This document shows, piece by piece, positions 37,428 to 46,028 of a stretch of 64,000 nucleotides of DNA. The position numbers and the translations under genes were made by a program. The DNA is taken from NCBI GenBank assembly GCA_026982565.1, contig JALSGV010000044.1, positions 8,506 to 72,505 on the forward strand. The letters are read 5' to 3'. The notes below the pieces were generated by a model. It did no database searches and was not told the DNA's origin. It saw nothing but the letters and a program-made list of their open reading frames with translations. Each line of letters begins with the position of its first letter. The stretch's first letter is position 1. The stretch is from Gammaproteobacteria bacterium. GTDB taxonomy: Bacteria > Pseudomonadota > Gammaproteobacteria > SZUA-140.

Positions 37428-38474
37428 ATGGAAACGCTTCTCGACATCAAGGATATCGAGTGCCGGTATCACCGCCAGACGGTCGTCGATGGACTCACCT
37501 TCCATGTCAACAAGGGCAACATCGCCTGCCTGCTGGGTCCCAGCGGTTGTGGCAAGACTACGGTATTGCGCGCCATCGCCGGCTTCGAGCCCCTATTGAG
37601 GGGAGAGATACGCCTGGACAACCGCTCCCTGTCCCGCCCGGGGTATCTACTCCCCCCCCACAAACGCCGTCTGGGCATGGTGTTCCAGGACTACGCGCTC
37701 TTTCCCCACATGGACGTCAATGGAAATGTCTGCTTCGGCATCCGCGGCAAGTCTTCCAGCGAGAAACAGGCCATTGCCGCCCAATTACTGGAGACCGTTG
37801 GCATGGCGCAATTTGACAAGCGTTATCCCCACGAGCTCTCGGGTGGACAACAACAGCGTGTGGCGCTGGCCCGCGCGCTGGCCGCCCAACCCGTCCTGCT
37901 CCTGCTGGACGAACCCTTTTCCAACCTTGATATCGATTTGCGCGAACGCCTGGGAATTGAAATCCGCGACTTGCTCAAGGCGCGCGGCATCACCACCCTG
38001 TTGGTCACCCATGACCAACATGAGGCCTTTGCCCTGGGGGACCAGGTGGGAATCATGAACGAGGGACGTATCCTGCAGTGGGACACCCCCTTCAACATCT
38101 ACCACGAGCCCGCCAACCGCTTCATTGCGGACTTCATCGGGCAGGGCGTATTCCTCAAGGGCACACTCATCACATCCGATTCGGTGCAAACGGAAATCGG
38201 TATTATTCAGGGTGACCGCGCCTACCCTTGGCCACCAGGAAGTGAAGTGGACATCCTGCTGCGCCCCGACGATATCGTCCCCGACCCGCAGAGCAGCCTG
38301 CGCGGAGAAATCGTCCAGAAGGCGTTCAAGGGCGCGGAGATCCTCTATACCCTCAAGCTCTCAACGGGCAACAAGATACTTTCCCTGTTTCCCAGTCATT
38401 ATCACCACACCATTGGAGAAACCGTGGGCATCCGCATCGCGGCGGATCATCTGGTGGCGTTTCCCCTTGAATAA
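37428..38474 (+). CDS. ABC transporter ATP-binding protein with C-terminal TOBE domain (PotA/FbpC/ModC-like); no adjacent permease or binding protein
   Basis: 348 aa. Walker A GPSGCGKTT, signature LSGGQQQRVALARAL, Walker B LLLDEPFSNLD, and a C-terminal about 100-aa beta-rich TOBE-like tail. Confidence 0.85.
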   Translation: METLLDIKDIECRYHRQTVVDGLTFHVNKGNIACLLGPSGCGKTTVLRAIAGFEPLLRGEIRLDNRSLSRPGYLLPPHKRRLGMVFQDYALFPHMDVNGNVCFGIRGKSSSEKQAIAAQLLETVGMAQFDKRYPHELSGGQQQRVALARALAAQPVLLLLDEPFSNLDIDLRERLGIEIRDLLKARGITTLLVTHDQHEAFALGDQVGIMNEGRILQWDTPFNIYHEPANRFIADFIGQGVFLKGTLITSDSVQTEIGIIQGDRAYPWPPGSEVDILLRPDDIVPDPQSSLRGEIVQKAFKGAEILYTLKLSTGNKILSLFPSHYHHTIGETVGIRIAADHLVAFPLE

Positions 38475-38478
38475 ACGA

Positions 38479-38514
38479 ACAACGGCCAGCCTGGGTCCAG
38501 ACTGGCCGTTGTTG
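38479..38514. terminator. Bidirectional terminator-like hairpin AACAACGGCCAG-(12 nt)-CTGGCCGTTGTT between convergent ABC ATPase and cytochrome c4 genes
   Basis: Perfect 12-bp stem, seen directly. Confidence 0.55.
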
Positions 38515-38531
38515 TGGTGATGCCGTGTCAA

Positions 38532-39173
38532 TCAGGGAAGTTGCGCAGCGAGATATTCAGACACGGCCTTGATTTCATCGTCCTTGAGGCGCTTGGCGAT
38601 ATCCGCCATCATACCCCCCGGATCATTGGCGCGCAGTCCCGATTTGAAGTCCTTGAGCTGCTTGATGAGATAGTCACGGTGCTGCCCGCCGATCACGGGA
38701 AACTGGGAGATTGTCTTGGACCTACCCTTGCCTTTGGGGCCGTGGCAGTTGATACACCCATAGACACCGTTCACGGGAATGCCTTCCTTGAAGATTTTCT
38801 CGCCTTTGCTTGCCAGCTTCTTGTTGATGGGTTCCAGGGGTTTCTTGGCCATTTTCTGCTTGGCGAAGTAGCTGGCGATATCCTTGGCGTCCTGCACACT
38901 GGCCACGGTGGCCGCCATGCCCGCCATGGTGTCATTGTTGGCGCGGATCCCTTTCTGAAAGTCACGGATCTGTTTTACGATGTATGCTTCATATTGCCCA
39001 GCCAGACGCGGAAAATCGGCGGTCGCGCTGTTACCATCCCCCCCATGACAACCGGCGCACAGCGCCGATTTCGCCTCACCTGCGGCCGGATCCCCACCAG
39101 CAGCCTGGGTATTGCTGATAACAAAGACAGACCCCACCAGAACTGCTGTCAAAACAGATAATTTCTTGATCAT
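38532..39173 (-). CDS. Diheme cytochrome c4
   Basis: 213 aa. Signal peptide, and two CxxCH haem sites (CAGCHG, CINCHG) in duplicated halves. Confidence 0.9.
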   Translation of the reverse strand: MIKKLSVLTAVLVGSVFVISNTQAAGGDPAAGEAKSALCAGCHGGDGNSATADFPRLAGQYEAYIVKQIRDFQKGIRANNDTMAGMAATVASVQDAKDIASYFAKQKMAKKPLEPINKKLASKGEKIFKEGIPVNGVYGCINCHGPKGKGRSKTISQFPVIGGQHRDYLIKQLKDFKSGLRANDPGGMMADIAKRLKDDEIKAVSEYLAAQLP

Positions 39174-39368
39174 AGATGCACCCTTTTATATTTGTTCTCT
39201 GCTATAGTTGGCGGGACATCCCACCCTGATTGTCATTGCAACCACAAGCGGTCCTATTTTAAGCTCATATCACGCTGACAATCAATCATCGATGATCCCG
39301 GGACAATAGCACCCGGCGCCCTGGCGATCAAGGACCCCCTGTAATTAACTCCTGATTATTCATACAGT

Positions 39369-40436
39369 TTATGCTGTTTCCCGCCGCCTTTTCCTATAAT
39401 TCACGACAGCGTTATGAAAGAAGGCAATGAACAGGGCGGCAATGAGGCCGACGAGGAACCCCAGAACGACGATCAGAGGACGCTGAGGCTTGACAGGCTC
39501 CTGAGGCGCCACGGCGGGATCCACCACCTTGAAGGCATATTCGTCCTGTACATTGGCCAGCATGATCTGCTTGGTCTCCGCCTCGATGAGGCGGTAGATG
39601 GCCTGTTGCACTTCCACGGAACTGGTCTTAGTCAGTTGCTTCTCCAGATAGCTGATACTCGTCCTTGCTTCCTCGATGGCCTGGCTGCTGAGCAGCTTGT
39701 TGACCCGCAGGACAAGGCTGTTGGCCCATTCCGCGGCAAGCTCTGGATCCCGCCATTCAATTGCCAACGTCAACAAGCCGGTTGAACGGTCCAGATCGAT
39801 AAACCGGATCTCATGATCGAAAAGGTTGAAGGCATCCCACAGGGTTGGCGCATCACCCTCGAAAAAGCCCAGACTGCCTTTCCCACCCTCACTGCCGCCG
39901 CCCTCTGCTTCGGGGAACAGAACGGGCATCAGATTCTCATCCTCGATAAAAGACGTGGTCAATGAACGTGAACCCAAGGTCGCAATGTGGCGGGCAATCT
40001 GCTTGCCACCTGCCCCCATGGAAATTCCGCTGCGGGCGAGGATGTCTCCAAACTGACTGGAATTGAAAGCAGACAACTTGCTGTCATCCTCCTCGAGGGA
40101 GACGGGAGCCAACAATACCTCGGCACGGTAGACTGGCGTCATCAGAAAGGCCGCGGCCAGCGCCAACAGTGTGCTTGCCAAGGTAAGCAGAAGAATGAGT
40201 TTCTTGTACCCGAGCATCACCTGACAGTATTCGAAGAGATCGATCTCGTCCTCGGGATAATAGGGATAAACAGGGGGCATAGGCGCCTGATAGGGCGCAC
40301 GGAACTCAGGGGGCTGCGCCTTCTCCCCTGGCTCAGGTCCCCCGGGATCCTCATGGGAAGGCTGATTGTCCTGCCGGGCCTTCTCGGCATCCCGCAGGCG
40401 GGCCTCCCCGACCTTATACAATGAGCGTTTCACCAC
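39369..40436 (-). CDS. Polysaccharide chain-length determinant / co-polymerase (Wzz/PCP-family) protein
   Basis: 355 aa. TM helix near the N-terminus (LILLLTLASTLLALAAAFL) preceded by the IDLFEY..VMLGYKKLI Wzz motif, a periplasmic coiled region, and a C-terminal TM (IVVLGFLVGLIAALFIAFF). Confidence 0.65.
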   Translation of the reverse strand: MVKRSLYKVGEARLRDAEKARQDNQPSHEDPGGPEPGEKAQPPEFRAPYQAPMPPVYPYYPEDEIDLFEYCQVMLGYKKLILLLTLASTLLALAAAFLMTPVYRAEVLLAPVSLEEDDSKLSAFNSSQFGDILARSGISMGAGGKQIARHIATLGSRSLTTSFIEDENLMPVLFPEAEGGGSEGGKGSLGFFEGDAPTLWDAFNLFDHEIRFIDLDRSTGLLTLAIEWRDPELAAEWANSLVLRVNKLLSSQAIEEARTSISYLEKQLTKTSSVEVQQAIYRLIEAETKQIMLANVQDEYAFKVVDPAVAPQEPVKPQRPLIVVLGFLVGLIAALFIAFFHNAVVNYRKRRRETA

Positions 40437-40447
40437 GGTTTTCCCTG

Positions 40448-43138
40448 TCAGAATACATCCAGCACCTTGAGGCTCGCGGCGGTAATGGCCAGTTGATAGA
40501 GGACCTGGCTGACATCGACCATCAACTGGTGGCTGCTGATACGGTCCAGCTTGAAAGGCACGACTATAACATCTCCTGGACCGATCCTGGCCTTTTTGCT
40601 CTGCACCACCGACCCATCGACATGGACCACATAGATCATCCGCTTGTTCCCTTTCTCATTGACCCCGCCACTGAGGCGGATATAGTCGTTCACGTCGAAT
40701 TTGCTGTGATAGAGATGGGAGGTGGGATGATAGACCTCTCCCATGACGATGACATCCTCGTACTGGTGGGGAATGAAGAGCTTGTCACCCGGCTGCAATG
40801 TGATATCGAAAGCCTCTCGATTCTCCAGTATGGCATCCAGCCTGATGACCATGCGCCCCAGGGCCCTGGCCTTCCGCATCTGCCCCAGCAGCACCTCCCC
40901 CTCCATCAGGGCCTTGTCCTTGTCCTTGCCGATATCCCGCCCCTCCACGCTGATGGTGGCCAGATCCTGTTCCAGGCGCGACGCCAGACGGTTGATCTGC
41001 TCCTGCTCGCGCAACCGTATGGACTCGCGCACGAAGACCGCCCCCTTGGGATAGGCGTCCTCCGTCAGGCCACCGGCCCGCCTGAGGAGATCGCTGAGCT
41101 TTTCTCCGCGCTCGATGGGATAGGTACCGGGGAAACGCACTTCTCCGGAAATCTCGAAACGGCCCTGGTCGGTCCAGTCGGGAATACGCCGCACCACGAT
41201 CTGGTCATAGGGCCTTACGGCGATATCACTGTGCTCATCGCCCTGGATCACGGCGCTGATATCGATTTCCATGCGCTGTTGCACCCTGCGCTCCCCCTGC
41301 TCCACCACAAAGCGGGTCAATTCCGCCTTGAGGGTATAGGCGCTATCTGTGAGGCCACCCGCCGCCTTCAACAAAGTACTGACCCTCATCTCCGCGGAAA
41401 CCGGATAACGCCCAGGATGGTGCACCATACCGGAAACCGTGGCCTCCTTGTACAGGCTGCCTGGCCGCGCCTGATAGCGCATGGTGTCCAGCAGGGGATC
41501 GATGACCTTGCTGCGGTCGTCATGTATATCAAAAACATAGACCTCATCCCGCGGTTGCAGCAATTTATCGGCGGCGCCCTTTCCCAGCAGCGCCTCGTTG
41601 AGATCCGTGGCCAGCAGCTCTATTCCGCGGTCATGAGGATTCTCGCGCTTGATGAGCACATAGCGGCTGTCGGCACCGGGCAACAAGGCCCGCATGCCGC
41701 CAATCAGGTCCGTCATGCGCATGCCCTTGAACCATTGCCTGATTCCCGGCCGTTGCACATGCCCATAGAGACTGACGATATTTTCCAACTGGCCCGATAC
41801 GGACGGAATGGAGATGATGTCGCCATCCCGCACCGGCATCTCCCGCCCGCCCGGCTGGCTCAGGTCGATGGCCACCATGATGCGCGCACCCGAGCTGCTG
41901 AAACGTTCGATACTGGCCTCCTGAAGCAGGGCCCCGGGCGCATAGCCTCCCGCCATCTCGACCAGTTCAGCCACTGTCCGCTCCCCTTTCAGTTCATAGA
42001 TGGCGGGCCGCCTCACCTGACCGTCGACAGTGACGGTTTGCCCCACAGGGGGGATGAATATCACGTCGCCCGGCAACAGGCGGACGTTGCTGCGCATATC
42101 CCCCTTTAACAGAAGATCGTAGAGGTCGAGGCGCGCGATGGTCTTGCCGTCACGCTTGAGCTGGATATTGCGCAGGCTGCCAATGGTCTTGACGCCGCCG
42201 CTGGCAAAGAGGGCATTGGTCATATTCGACAGGCCGCTGATCACATAGGAGCCTGGCTGTTCCACATCACCCATGGCAAAAACACGAATGGAACGCAGTT
42301 TCCCCAATGTCACCGAGGCCTTGACGCCAATCAGCTGGGTGGCGATGCGGTTGCGGATCTCCCTCTGCAGTTGGGAGAAGGTCAGGCCCGAGACAGGCAC
42401 AGGGCCAATACTGGGCAGCAGCAACATGCCATTGCGCGTGACCGGCAGTTCGTACTCCACGTTCTCCTTGCCAAACAGTTGCACCAGCACCGTATCCCCC
42501 GGCCCCAGCACATAGTTGTCGGGGACGGGGACGCCCGTGACGGCCCTCAGGGCCTCCTGTTTTCCCGAAAACAAATCGTAACCGAAGGGTTTGACCTCCT
42601 GCTCCAGGGGGAGGATCTTGAACGTCACCGCCAGGCCTGCAAAAGCGGGCTCCGCCTCGATACGTTCCGCCGCCTCCCGCTCACTGAGCCCCGCCAGGGG
42701 TATCCGGCCCACATTGCCGAGGGTCAACCCTCCGCCATTATCCAGTACGAACAGGGTGCGATCAGGAATGCGCACATCCCGTTTCGTCATCGCTTTCGCT
42801 TCCAGGCCGGCCTCATCCGGCCTCGCGCTGAACCTCAGCAGAATGGTTTCACCACCAAAGATGCGGGGAATATCGGGTGTCGCAGATTTTGTATCCGTGG
42901 GGTTCCCTGGTAGAAACGCCGCAGACCTGGAGAAATCCTCCTCCACCGACCAGTCGGCGCCTAGCTCCTGGTTCTGGCTCCCCGCGGCCCTGTTTCCCAT
43001 CTGCCCGGAAGCGCCCTGGAGCCCCTGCAGTTGCTTCATCATCTGTGGCGTGACCTCCAGGGCGAACACGCCATGGAAACACCAAAACAGGGCTGACAGG
43101 ACGACGACTGCTTTCCAGAAATTATTCATGTGAATCAT
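40448..43138 (-). CDS. Large periplasmic polysaccharide export protein (Wza-like Poly_export domain plus multiple SLBB repeats)
   Basis: 896 aa. Signal peptide, then a PGDTVLVQLFG...YELPVTRNGMLLLPSIGPVPVSGLT Poly_export motif. Then repeated SLBB-like units (PGD.I.IP...). Confidence 0.8.
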   Translation of the reverse strand: MIHMNNFWKAVVVLSALFWCFHGVFALEVTPQMMKQLQGLQGASGQMGNRAAGSQNQELGADWSVEEDFSRSAAFLPGNPTDTKSATPDIPRIFGGETILLRFSARPDEAGLEAKAMTKRDVRIPDRTLFVLDNGGGLTLGNVGRIPLAGLSEREAAERIEAEPAFAGLAVTFKILPLEQEVKPFGYDLFSGKQEALRAVTGVPVPDNYVLGPGDTVLVQLFGKENVEYELPVTRNGMLLLPSIGPVPVSGLTFSQLQREIRNRIATQLIGVKASVTLGKLRSIRVFAMGDVEQPGSYVISGLSNMTNALFASGGVKTIGSLRNIQLKRDGKTIARLDLYDLLLKGDMRSNVRLLPGDVIFIPPVGQTVTVDGQVRRPAIYELKGERTVAELVEMAGGYAPGALLQEASIERFSSSGARIMVAIDLSQPGGREMPVRDGDIISIPSVSGQLENIVSLYGHVQRPGIRQWFKGMRMTDLIGGMRALLPGADSRYVLIKRENPHDRGIELLATDLNEALLGKGAADKLLQPRDEVYVFDIHDDRSKVIDPLLDTMRYQARPGSLYKEATVSGMVHHPGRYPVSAEMRVSTLLKAAGGLTDSAYTLKAELTRFVVEQGERRVQQRMEIDISAVIQGDEHSDIAVRPYDQIVVRRIPDWTDQGRFEISGEVRFPGTYPIERGEKLSDLLRRAGGLTEDAYPKGAVFVRESIRLREQEQINRLASRLEQDLATISVEGRDIGKDKDKALMEGEVLLGQMRKARALGRMVIRLDAILENREAFDITLQPGDKLFIPHQYEDVIVMGEVYHPTSHLYHSKFDVNDYIRLSGGVNEKGNKRMIYVVHVDGSVVQSKKARIGPGDVIVVPFKLDRISSHQLMVDVSQVLYQLAITAASLKVLDVF

Positions 43139-43246
43139 GTAAGTACAAGCCTGGTGCCAAGCAATTGATACTGCCAGCAGACAACAGCAATTGCCTCAGC
43201 CAGGACTGATTGACCGCAACCGGCTGATGAGCAAATTTTATTATTG

Positions 43247-43282
43247 TTAACCCGGCAACAATATATATGATAGCCGGGTTAA
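43247..43282 (-). terminator. Hairpin TTAACCCGGC-(16 nt AT-rich loop)-GCCGGGTTAA downstream of the yjbH-like gene, followed on the transcribed strand by an A/U-rich tract
   Basis: Perfect 10-bp stem. It could also act as an operator in the roughly 225-bp AT-rich gap upstream of the wza-like gene. Confidence 0.4.
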
Positions 43283-43364
43283 TAAGAGATGACCCTTCCA
43301 GATCACGGAACATGAGAATACCACATCAGGGCTAAGAACTGATGGCAAGAGGGACAGGGCCCGC

Positions 43365-45485
43365 CTATTTGCCGAAATCCGTCCATGGCCCGATTTCACT
43401 GCTATCCAGCATGAGTGGACGTTCGACCAAGCTGTACAGATCCCCTGGAGACGCCACCATCTGGCCCACATCCCTGGTCCACGGCGCAATGGACATGCTG
43501 GCAAAGGCCTGGGTGTCCTTGGTCAACATGGCGTTCAGGTAAACCATCATATAGATGCCCTTGTCGTAATAGGGGTCGTCCGGGCTGCCCGGCGACGTGA
43601 TGTCGTCACCATCGGTCATGGTATACCAGGCGCCCAGCTCGACGCCCGAGCGGAAACGGCGCTTCAATTCAAAGCGCACGCCATTGTCCCTGGCCAGGAA
43701 GCGTCCTCCCCGGGCGGTCGCCGTCAGCCCCATGACGGGCATGCGGTAGTGAAGGGCCCCCAGGGCCGTCAATACAGAGTAATTCCGGAAGTCCAGATAG
43801 CCGTCGGGGGAGCGCTGCCTGAGCCAGTCGATGCTCAGGTCCACGGCCCAATCTCCCGCGCGCGGCAGATACAATACCTGCCCTCCTATCCCGGCAAACA
43901 TCTCCTCGTAGTAACCGGCGGATACACGGCTGAAGACACGTTCACCCAGGAGGGTGAATTTATTGATCAGAAATTTGTCCAGATTGAGGCGCCCGCCCTG
44001 CAGATATTGGGCGATATCCGAGCGCACATGGGGCAGCTCGCTATTGGATGCCTGCGTGACTTTACTGACATCTTCGAGAAGGGTGAAGCGCACACCGCTG
44101 TCCAGAAAGAAACCCTGTCCAAAATGCTTGCGATATTGCGCCAGGGAGTAGATATCATAGTGAAAGGCGCCGCTGGGGTCGTTCACGAACAGGCGCACGT
44201 TAAAGGGCACCACGTGAAGACTGGACAGGCGCCGGTCCTCCCATTTGAAAGCCAGCAGATGCCCCTCATTGTCCTCGGCGGTCTCCAGCTTCTCCACCTG
44301 CTCTTGGTGCAGGGCATCCTCAATCGCCGCATGGCGCCGGCCAGACTGTGGCGCCGCGAAGCTCACCTCAACGGATTGACTCAGCCTTTCCTCCGCGACT
44401 TCGCCATTGAAATAGGACCTCAACACATTCAGGTCCGTGAAATGATACGTCAGCAACGGCAGATCATTACGCGTATAGGTAATGTGGAAGGCCTCCATGT
44501 CGGAAGGCCCTGACAACAACAGGGTGCGCGCCGCGCGGCCTACCGCCCTTCCCATCAGGAAGATGCGAGGATGGGTCAGGTTCACGCGAACCACTCCGCC
44601 ACTGATCTCCACGTGGACATTTTTGTAACCCTGCATTTCCAGGTCTCTGAGCAAGATCCCGCCATACCTGGAATCCTGACGCCACGCCTCCATGGCCCGC
44701 TGCCGCCGCTTTTCCCGAAACGGCGCCGGCTCATCGAACTTGGGGATATATTCCTTGCGACCCAGAGGAATGGACACAAACAGGTTGCCCCCAAGATCAC
44801 CACTATTGTAGGAGAGCTGGGCGCCAATCCAGCCCATTCGATACTCCACGCCATAGGTCATGCCTCCGACCTTTTCATCAGCACCGGATTCAGCCGCCCG
44901 CAGGTCGCTCTTATAGTCATTGGCGTCATATTCCAGCACCAAACCCAGCCTCTCGTGCCAGGAAGGGCTGTAGCGCAGGCCGCCATACAGGCCATCGATA
45001 CGATCCGTGCCATACCCAAGGACCACATCGACATCGTCAAGAAATCTCTTGTTCAGCGCGATGAAATGGGCCGAGAACAGGCGGGTGCCGGTGAAGTCCT
45101 GTGTGCCCGCAGAAACCGCGGGAAAAAAACGCGACTCCCGCAACAACAGCAATTTGGCATCGAAAGCCTTGTCCTTGTAGTCACCGAAATCCGCGCCTTC
45201 GACATCCTGAAAGGCGGAAACACCGTCGAGGCGGGTATACCGGGCAGAGAGTTCCAGCCGGGGAAGGAAGCTGATGCTGCTCCAGATAGCGCCATAAGGG
45301 TCATTGTAGCTGACGCCAAAGCGCAAGACGCCTTCGCTGGCGATCCGACCGTCAGGCATATTGATCAGGCCCGTCTGGCCGGTTGAAGATGGCTGAGCAT
45401 GCAGCCACAGAGGATTCAGCAGGAAACACAGGCCAAACCAAGCGGCCTTAGCGCGCCGGCCATTCCGCGAACGCGCTGCCGTCAA
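43365..45485 (-). CDS. yjbH: YjbH-family outer-membrane exopolysaccharide-associated protein
   Basis: 706 aa. Signal peptide. GLINMPDGRIASEGVLRFGVSYNDPY...LELSARYT...YKDKAFDAKLLLLRE...PAVSAGTQDFTG parallels E. coli YjbH (...SYNDPY...LEFSVRYT...YKDKSFD...PALAVGTRD). C-terminal ...FVSIPLG...WTRD. Confidence 0.7.
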   Translation of the reverse strand: MTAARSRNGRRAKAAWFGLCFLLNPLWLHAQPSSTGQTGLINMPDGRIASEGVLRFGVSYNDPYGAIWSSISFLPRLELSARYTRLDGVSAFQDVEGADFGDYKDKAFDAKLLLLRESRFFPAVSAGTQDFTGTRLFSAHFIALNKRFLDDVDVVLGYGTDRIDGLYGGLRYSPSWHERLGLVLEYDANDYKSDLRAAESGADEKVGGMTYGVEYRMGWIGAQLSYNSGDLGGNLFVSIPLGRKEYIPKFDEPAPFREKRRQRAMEAWRQDSRYGGILLRDLEMQGYKNVHVEISGGVVRVNLTHPRIFLMGRAVGRAARTLLLSGPSDMEAFHITYTRNDLPLLTYHFTDLNVLRSYFNGEVAEERLSQSVEVSFAAPQSGRRHAAIEDALHQEQVEKLETAEDNEGHLLAFKWEDRRLSSLHVVPFNVRLFVNDPSGAFHYDIYSLAQYRKHFGQGFFLDSGVRFTLLEDVSKVTQASNSELPHVRSDIAQYLQGGRLNLDKFLINKFTLLGERVFSRVSAGYYEEMFAGIGGQVLYLPRAGDWAVDLSIDWLRQRSPDGYLDFRNYSVLTALGALHYRMPVMGLTATARGGRFLARDNGVRFELKRRFRSGVELGAWYTMTDGDDITSPGSPDDPYYDKGIYMMVYLNAMLTKDTQAFASMSIAPWTRDVGQMVASPGDLYSLVERPLMLDSSEIGPWTDFGK

Positions 45486-45500
45486 GGCCAGAAGAAATTA

Positions 45501-45908
45501 TCAGGGGCTGACGCCGTGCGTTGGGGTTGAATTTCCACCGCCCCCTCCACCGCCGGCTACTGCGGCCAGCAAGGCCGCCAATCCGACGCCTACGCCAATA
45601 GCGATTTTGGAAACACCCTTACCTGACGTTGCAGCCTCCCCAGTCTCTCCAACGCCAGTTGTCGCCTCGGACCCAGGAGGCGACACATCAGAAGGGTCGG
45701 AAACAGGCGCTTCCGCTTCTTTGGATGGCTTTTCATCCGACCTGGGTTTGACGATCCCGATGGCGGCCGCCAACTGGACGGAGGCTTCGCCCTGACCCGG
45801 CGCCCGGGGCGGCGCACCCGCAAGGGACTGGGCCGCGAGATGAGGACTCGCAAAAACCAGAATCACGCACAAGGTAAAAACTCTATGCATTCGCATACTT
45901 CTGTTCAT
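45501..45908 (-). CDS. Small secreted Gly/Ala/Ser-rich protein (YjbE-like)
   Basis: 135 aa. Signal peptide, low-complexity G/A/S/T-rich body ending in a poly-Gly run. Sits immediately upstream of yjbH, as in E. coli yjbE-H. yjbF/G equivalents were not recognised. Confidence 0.45.
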   Translation of the reverse strand: MNRSMRMHRVFTLCVILVFASPHLAAQSLAGAPPRAPGQGEASVQLAAAIGIVKPRSDEKPSKEAEAPVSDPSDVSPPGSEATTGVGETGEAATSGKGVSKIAIGVGVGLAALLAAVAGGGGGGGNSTPTHGVSP

Positions 45909-46028
45909 GACCTACCCTCCCCCTGGCATCAGTCCCTGTTGAGTAACCCCTGAATCCGTAGGTTCAGGTAATCGATAGAGGCGATTGTATACACTTTTGA
46001 ACAAGGAAGCCAAATGGCTGACAAAGCC

